Below, piece after piece: positions 62,160 to 64,000 of a stretch of 64,000 nucleotides of DNA. Origin of the DNA: Moniliella sp. 'wahieum'. Its lineage: Eukaryota. The translations under genes and the position numbers were made by a program. The stretch is taken from contig RSEE01000016.1 in the NCBI GenBank assembly GCA_003971905.1, positions 806,001-870,000 on the forward strand. The letters run 5' to 3'. How positions within the stretch are numbered: position 1 is the first letter of the stretch; each line of letters opens with the position of its first letter. Below the pieces are notes generated by a model. It made no database searches, was not told where the DNA came from, and was given only the letters and a program-made list of their open reading frames with translations.

Positions 62160-64000
62160 ATGCCCCAGGCACTGCGGCCGAGCGGCGGATCCGTCTGCCT
62201 GCTGCGCCCTCCTCTGCTTCCGCCTCTGCCGCTGCTTCTGCTTCCGCCTCTGCCTCCTCCTCGCCCGCCTCCTCAGCCCTGGGCGGCTCCCTGGTTGCCC
62301 ACCTGCGCCGCTCCACCCGCCTCCACCCCAAACCCTCCGCCCCCTGTCTGCCTCGCCGCTGCGACTGCCTCGGGGCCTGCAGCCGCTCTGCACGCACTGC
62401 CCCCGCGGCCCCCGCCTCGCTCGCCCCGCCCTCGGCCCAGTTCGACTCCCTCTACACCCCGTCCCCCTCCATCTCCCACTGGCAGCTGCCTCCCTCAGCC
62501 CCGACGCGACCCGCCTCTCTTGTCCCACCCCGACCCCGGCGCCACCACCCTCACGCCGCCCCTCTTTCCGACCACGCGTCTCTCAACAGCAGCCACAGCC
62601 GCAGCCCTACCCCCAGCCCCCGCCTGCGCAGCAGCAAGCCTCGGCACCCTCCTCACCGCCACTTCCTCCGCTACCAACCTCGTCGGTGGCCCCGCCGCCT
62701 CCTCGCCTGCCTCCCCCAACCTCGCTGGATCTGTCTCCGCGACGGCGCCCTCGCCGACCGATCTGCTCCCCCTCTGACCGCCCATCACCACCAAAAGTCC
62801 CGCTCCACCTCCACCGGCCCAGCGGGGACGTGCGCTTCCCCATCTCCCTCTTGCGTTCTCCGCTGTCACCCCCCATTGGACGACAGGATGCCGGGTTCGC
62901 TCATGCATGCGCCCGCGACAGCGCCTTCTTCTCCCTCCGTTGCTCCTGCCCCGTCTTCGTCCCCAGCCGCGCCTCTTGCCGTTCCGCCCTCCACCTCGTC
63001 CGATCCATCGTCATCATCTCCTCGGCTACCCCCACTCCGGCTACCTCCCAAACTCCAAGTGTTGTTCTCTCCGATGAACCGCCCTGGGATCGGCACCCCT
63101 GCCCGCATCGGCACGACGCACTGCAGGCGGGAGCGTTCCGCCTTCCTCCTATTCACCCGCTTGCCACTCCTCTTGCAGGCTCGGTTTCCTCGGGAACACC
63201 CAGCTTCTACTCTGTCCCACCAGCAAGCGCTGTATCTCACACCACCCTCTTCTGACCTCTCTGAACCAACCGGGTCGATTGTGGCGCAGGCGCCACTGGC
63301 CGTATCTGGCATGGTGCCCCAGCCCAACTCGGACCCGGGTGAGACGGCTGGCTCAGTTGCCCGCCTCCCGGCAGCCCCGTTTTTTGCCTCTTACCCATAG
63401 CAGCCCGCGCCCACTCCACCATGCGCATTCAGCCTCAACTGTCTTGGCGCTTTCGCAAGACGATACAATTCTGACCACGACACGGTCCCCATCACCGGTT
63501 CCTCCACATCAGCTTTTGCTGGTCCGAACAGCGCTGCGCACATGCGCACCTCCTCCAATGCCACCTCCATCACTTCGTCCAGCACATCCAAGGGCGCTTC
63601 GCTTGTCGGCGCGCTGGTGCGGTTTAGTGTCGACTCGACCACCCTCTCTGCCCGCCTACGATCCGTTTCCGCTTCCGACGATCGGGCGGAACGTTTGGAC
63701 CGATTGGAGCGCCCCATTACTGCTGCTTCGGTTCGCCAACCTTATCCCAGCCCCAGCTCGGGCCCCAATTTGACCCTGGAAGAATCCAGGGCGGTCCCGC
63801 ATCTGTCCGAACCAGCCGACTTGTCAAGGCAATCCTTGGACGTACATGGACCGCGCTTCCATCCCCATGGCCGCGTAAGCGCAGAGACGTTTCAGCAATT
63901 GTGCGAGCTTGAGGTGCGTATTGTTTTTCCGTCTGATGTGATGGCGAACCTAACCCATTCTTTTGCCCCTTTTTTAGTTTGGCATTGCGCTGTTGGTGGA
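62160..64000 (+). CDS. 5' part of a large protein with a long Ser/Pro/Ala-rich N-terminus; possibly an Rgd1-type F-BAR RhoGAP (runs off the window)
   Basis: Low-complexity coding-like region; GT..CTAAC..AG intron ~63914-63978 joins TFQQLCELE|FGIALLV, which resembles the start of the fungal Rgd1 F-BAR domain as I recall it. The family call is tentative. Confidence 0.45.

Overview
Eukaryotic, fungal DNA. It is most consistent with a basidiomycete, probably smut-related, based on sparse short GT..CTAAC..AG introns and the gene content; the taxon is inference. Nearly every recognisable gene is broken by single-base indels, often at homopolymers. This most likely reflects an unpolished long-read assembly, so CDS boundaries are approximate. 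Recognisable genes: acyltransferase-3, SSUH2-like CxxCxGxG protein, small secreted Cys protein, EEP nuclease/phosphatase, JMJD7-like JmjC oxygenase, FHA + C-terminal TM protein, poly-QA C2H2 transcription factor, Tlg1/syntaxin-6, Liz1/Fen2-type MFS transporter, ~9 kb neurofibromin/Ira RasGAP, rhodanese, aldo-keto reductase, Zds_C protein, Prp9/SF3a60, a Hac1/Cib1-type bZIP, and the 5' part of a possible F-BAR RhoGAP. RNA genes: an intron-containing tRNA-Gly(CCC) and the 5' half of a U2 snRNA. The most unusual signal is in the intergenic DNA, which is full of T[C/G]A-(4-nt palindrome)-T[C/G]A units in 7-bp register. Fifteen of the 16 possible palindromic cores occur, and the core is usually predictable from the flanking dinucleotide. 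This suggests a sequence-specific, flank-templated 7-nt insertion process rather than ordinary microsatellites. There is also a ~85-140 bp dispersed repeat family (4 copies, including an inverted pair) and an 18-bp direct repeat bracketing a 515-bp segment where the U2 3' half should be.
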